A stretch of 39,470 nt of DNA, taken from a virus. Lineage: Duplodnaviria; Caudoviricetes. The number at the start of each line of letters is the position of its first letter. The stretch's first letter is position 1. The notes below the pieces were generated by a model, which saw only the letters and a program-made list of their open reading frames with translations, made no database searches and was not told the DNA's origin. The stretch is from positions 1 to 39,470 of IMG/VR virus record IMGVR_UViG_3300020045_002438. One strand, given 5' to 3'. Shown piece by piece: positions 36,278-39,470 of this stretch. Position numbers and translations under genes: made by a program.

Positions 36278-36369
36278 GTGTGTGTTTCCATATTCAAACA
36301 CAAGTTCATGTGTAATCTCAAGCCTCTGTGCACACATGAACTTGTTTACAAAACATAAAAAACACACAC
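36278..36369. repeat. Nested inverted repeat (10-bp outer and 14-bp inner stems)
   Basis: GTGTGTGTTT/AAACACACAC and ACAAGTTCATGTGT/ACACATGAACTTGT. Confidence 0.8.
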
Positions 36370-36393
36370 GATTTCACCGTTTTTTTTATGGCT

Positions 36394-36928
36394 CTGCGTT
36401 TTCCTGCGTGTTTCTCTGCGTCTTTTATTCAATCATTTCAATAGGCATCTTTTTTCTTCTGCGTAGTTTCTGCGTTCTACAAAAACGCGCAATCCATTCA
36501 TAACAAACAAACAAATATCAAAAAACAGCCAAAATCAGAAAAACACGCAGCGCAGAAATCAAAATAAGAGCCTCATATACACACATGACACATTTTCAGA
36601 AGTAAGAAAGCGTCAAACCCTCTCGTGACCCCCTATTTTTTCAAGATATTTCCTGCGCTTTTCTTATTATTATTATTATTATTTAATAAATATATATATA
36701 TAATAAAGGCTTATAGCTTTTTGTTTGACGCAGAAAACCACGCAGAGCAAAAATGTCACACTTTTAATAGTTTCATGTTTTGTAGCCTTATATCAACAGG
36801 TTATCGCAAAATAAAACACGCAGGATTTTTTCGTGTCAAACGCAGAAGCCTTTTTACCCCTGTTTTCATGGGTTAATTTTATTACTTTCACGTTTCTTCG
36901 GAAAAAATTGGCTCAAACACAGGCGCAG
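36394..36928. other. Putative replication origin: CGCAG iterons around an AT-rich core
   Basis: 13 CGCAG/CTGCG copies in about 540 bp; TTA/TA repeat tract at about 36664-36707. Confidence 0.6.
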
Positions 36929-36984
36929 GATCGGTATCGAAACGATTATTTTATCGCGTTAACGATTGTTAATGATATTAACTG

Positions 36985-37014
36985 TTGACGAATTGTGTGA
37001 TTTTGGCTTAGGTT
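36985..37014 (+). promoter_or_regulatory. Possible late-arm promoter
   Basis: TTGACG followed by TTAGGT/TAGGTT at 17-18 bp spacing, upstream of 37056. Confidence 0.45.
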
Positions 37015-37055
37015 TTGGGCTCTAAGACCGCCAACCAACAACAAGAGGAAAAACC

Positions 37056-37439
37056 ATGCCAATTTATCCAATGCTAAACGAAGCCGTTACCTACGCTCGC
37101 GCCGATGAGAAAGGCGAGGTTCATACAGGATCGGGAAAGGTTCAAGCTATCTTCATCGGAAACCCTGATAAGAAACTGCTTGTTCAAGTCAAAGACGGTG
37201 ACAGCGCGTGGAATGTTGATCTTGCAATGGTAAATTACACGCCGGAGAAGCTCGAAGAGTATCGCGCCGCCGTGTCTGAGGTGCAGGCTTTGACCGACGA
37301 AGGAAACGAGATTGTTCGCAAGACGATTGACGAGTTCAACGCGAAGGTTGCGGCTGTGTATGTCCGAGTTTTGGGCGAGACGTTCGACGCTGAACCCGTT
37401 GGCGATCTTCCCTCGGATGGCGAAACGGCTGCGGAATAA
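37056..37439 (+). CDS. Hypothetical protein (127 aa)
   Basis: GAGG RBS; first gene of the + arm. Confidence 0.75.
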   Translation: MPIYPMLNEAVTYARADEKGEVHTGSGKVQAIFIGNPDKKLLVQVKDGDSAWNVDLAMVNYTPEKLEEYRAAVSEVQALTDEGNEIVRKTIDEFNAKVAAVYVRVLGETFDAEPVGDLPSDGETAAE

Positions 37440-37456
37440 CACGAAAGGGCGGCGCG

Positions 37457-37975
37457 ATGTTGGCGAATACGCTAACCGACAAGGAGCGTAGGTTCTGCGA
37501 GGAATATATCGTAGATTATAACGCCAAACGCGCCGCCACTATCGCTGGTTATACTGCTGATTGGGCTGGAGAGGCTGGATATCAGGTTTTGCAGCGACCA
37601 GACGTTATCGAATACCTAAACCACCTGAAGGGCGAACAGACCATTCGAACGAAGGTGAACGCTGATTACGTTCTGAATGCGATTGTCGAGACGTTGGAGC
37701 GGTGCAGGCAGGAAGTTCGACCTGTTCACACGAAAAGCGGTGGAGTTTTTGTCGTGCAGGATGCGAACGGCGAGCCTGCAAACGCTTTCAAGTTCGACGC
37801 AAAGAACGTGCTGAAGGCTGCTGAGTTGCTTGGCAAACATTTGGCAATGTTCACAGACGTTGTTGACAACCGCATGACGTTCACGCAAATGACAGAAGTC
37901 AAGATGGGAACACCTGAAGGCGAGGTCAAAGAGCTTTCGTTCGAGGTTGGCGGCGACCCGCTAAAAGCGCGTTGA
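37457..37975 (+). CDS. terS: Terminase small subunit
   Basis: LTDKERRFCEEYIVDYNAKRAATIAGY HTH; KAAELLGKHLAMFTD. Confidence 0.93.
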   Translation: MLANTLTDKERRFCEEYIVDYNAKRAATIAGYTADWAGEAGYQVLQRPDVIEYLNHLKGEQTIRTKVNADYVLNAIVETLERCRQEVRPVHTKSGGVFVVQDANGEPANAFKFDAKNVLKAAELLGKHLAMFTDVVDNRMTFTQMTEVKMGTPEGEVKELSFEVGGDPLKAR

Positions 37976-38033
37976 CTTTTTCGGTTTTTTAGTTAATTAT
38001 ATTTAGTAATTTGAAACATTAGGGGGTAAAGTC

Positions 38034-38396
38034 ATGCCACAAGTACAATTTGCAAGCGTTGTAATTCCTGAAGATGGCACAACTTCGAACTCTATACATA
38101 TCCCCAATTATCTTGATGATAATGGAATAAATCTGCATGGAGATAGCCGCCTATTCGCCATTGAAACGCCAGCGGCCCTGACTGGTACGAGCTTTGGCGT
38201 ACAGGTTAGCACAAATGGCGGCGTTAGTTATAAAACAATGCGAGTAGATGGTGCAGCTTACGCACTCACGGTTGAGGCTGACGGATATTATCCCGTTGAT
38301 CCTGCAACCTTCGCGGCTGTCACAAATCTAAAGCTGGTTTCCAACGCAGAGGAAGCCGCAGCACGCACAATCACGCTAATCCTACGGGCGGTGTAA
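38034..38396 (+). CDS. Small beta-rich structural protein (120 aa), possible spike base
   Basis: AGGGGG RBS; TPAALTGTSFGVQVSTNGG jelly-roll-like composition; abuts the fibre gene. Confidence 0.7.
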   Translation: MPQVQFASVVIPEDGTTSNSIHIPNYLDDNGINLHGDSRLFAIETPAALTGTSFGVQVSTNGGVSYKTMRVDGAAYALTVEADGYYPVDPATFAAVTNLKLVSNAEEAAARTITLILRAV

Positions 38397-39470
38397 ATGT
38401 CATCCCTCCTCCTCCTCTTCGGCGGCAAGAAAGACTTGGCAACGGCGATACCGGTTAATACGGTGGTGCCTGTCCTGTCTGGCATCCCCACAAATGGCCA
38501 AACACTGACTTGCTCGACTGGGACATGGACAGGCGGCGGATTGTCATTTGCGTACCAATATCAGCTTGACGGTTCCGATATCACGGACGAGGAAGCTGCA
38601 ACGTATCTTGTCGATGCGGAACTAGCGGACTCGGTAACTTGTGATGTGACAGCCACGAATACAATTGGAAGTGCAACAGCAACGAGCAACGCGCTGGAGG
38701 TTGTGTTTGATTTTACGCCGCTTGCCTTGCCAACCGATGTAACACTTGCTCGGACGCAGACGGCGGATTACACAACATTCTTTAACTCTTCGGGTGTGAT
38801 GGAATATGCGTCATCTAACGAGGCGAGATTCAATCACACATTTGATGGTACGGATTGGACTTTCGGTGGGTTATTGCTTGAGCCAACAGCGCAGAATAGG
38901 CATTTAAATAGTGCAGCTTGCAACTTATATGCACAAACAAAATGCACAACATCCGCTAATGTTGAAACATCTCCAGACGGGACTCAAAACGCTGATCGTA
39001 TTGTCGAAGACTTAACAAGTGGGGTACATGGTGCCTATACATCTTTCTCAACTTCAGGTGTTGCTATTGGAACAGTCATTTATGTTTCTGGATTTTGGAA
39101 GGCAGAAACAAGAACCTGTATGCAAATAGACCCGTCTAATGGGCTTGTCGGGTCTGTAAACTGGGCTGATTACGATATTGCAAATAGTGTAGTTGGTAGT
39201 AAAGGTTCTAGCGCAGTTTCAGAAGTGCAAGATGTTGATAACGGGTGGCTGTTGTGTAAATTAAAGGCTGTAACAATAGGAACAGGTTCTACGACATATA
39301 CAAATGCGAGGATAATCACTAGTCCGACAGTTAGTCCAGCTAGCGCATCTTATCTTGGGACTAATAGCTCTATCCTACAATGGGGCATGATGGCAGTAGT
39401 TGGCGTAGACTCCACCTCTATATCCTATATCCCAACAACCACCGCAGCCGTAACACGCGCAGCCGACGAA
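38397..39470 (+). CDS. Ig-like plus head-spike/fibre protein, continues through the junction to 298 (416 aa); missed by the ORF track
   Basis: ATG directly after the previous TAA and open to the window end; PVNTVVPVLSG...GQTLTCSTGTW...AYQY...CDVTATN Ig-like domain; GLLLEP..QN and SPDGTQNAD fibre motifs. Confidence 0.85.
   Translation, partial: MSSLLLLFGGKKDLATAIPVNTVVPVLSGIPTNGQTLTCSTGTWTGGGLSFAYQYQLDGSDITDEEAATYLVDAELADSVTCDVTATNTIGSATATSNALEVVFDFTPLALPTDVTLARTQTADYTTFFNSSGVMEYASSNEARFNHTFDGTDWTFGGLLLEPTAQNRHLNSAACNLYAQTKCTTSANVETSPDGTQNADRIVEDLTSGVHGAYTSFSTSGVAIGTVIYVSGFWKAETRTCMQIDPSNGLVGSVNWADYDIANSVVGSKGSSAVSEVQDVDNGWLLCKLKAVTIGTGSTTYTNARIITSPTVSPASASYLGTNSSILQWGMMAVVGVDSTSISYIPTTTAAVTRAADE
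39350..39470. repeat. Terminal direct repeat (assembly overlap), copy 2
   Basis: Identical to 1..121. Confidence 0.95.

Noticed and set aside
36282-36876. ORFs 36282-36503 and 36625-36876
   Set aside because: No RBS, low-complexity Phe/Leu translation of AT-rich repeats; the region is better explained as non-coding
36394-36928. CRISPR or mini-array
   Set aside because: Repeats are only 5-6 bp, in both orientations and irregularly spaced; no cas genes
36959-36982. CtrA boxes (also at 22377-22390)
   Set aside because: TTAA half-sites are spaced by 6 or 5 bp, not the TTAA-N7-TTAA consensus

Overview
This window is an apparently complete, circularly assembled genome (39,349 bp unique; 1..121 is repeated at 39350..39470) of a podovirus-type tailed phage with a BPP-1/T7-like virion and a Gram-negative host. 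Strong GANTC avoidance points to an alphaproteobacterial host, but this is inference. The + strand late arm starts at about 37056 and runs across the junction to 20856. It encodes terS, a five-gene insert containing an Ig/fibre gene that spans the junction, PBSX-type terL, a GNAT protein, portal, scaffold, capsid, cement, tail adaptor and nozzle, three ejection proteins, tail fibre, holin, M15 endolysin and Rz with embedded Rz1. The - strand early arm (35021 to 20894) encodes a DUF3560-like protein, a shortened beta-clamp homologue, a Topo VI-A/Spo11-like TOPRIM protein, primase-helicase, SF2 helicase, HNH, VRR-NUC, a YqaJ exonuclease with an unclassified partner, HicA-like and RHH proteins, a possible Acb2/Tad1-like sponge and an atypical initiator-like tRNA-Met. 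An AT-rich gap with CGCAG repeats (36200-37050) looks like the replication origin. I recognised no integrase, DNA or RNA polymerase, reverse transcriptase or CRISPR array. The most interesting leads are a structured RNA leader before the capsid gene that contains the same internal loop twice, the remodelled initiator tRNA next to a candidate sponge, and a mini-clamp/TopoVI-A/primase replication module. All protein calls come from motif recognition by eye; no database searches were run.
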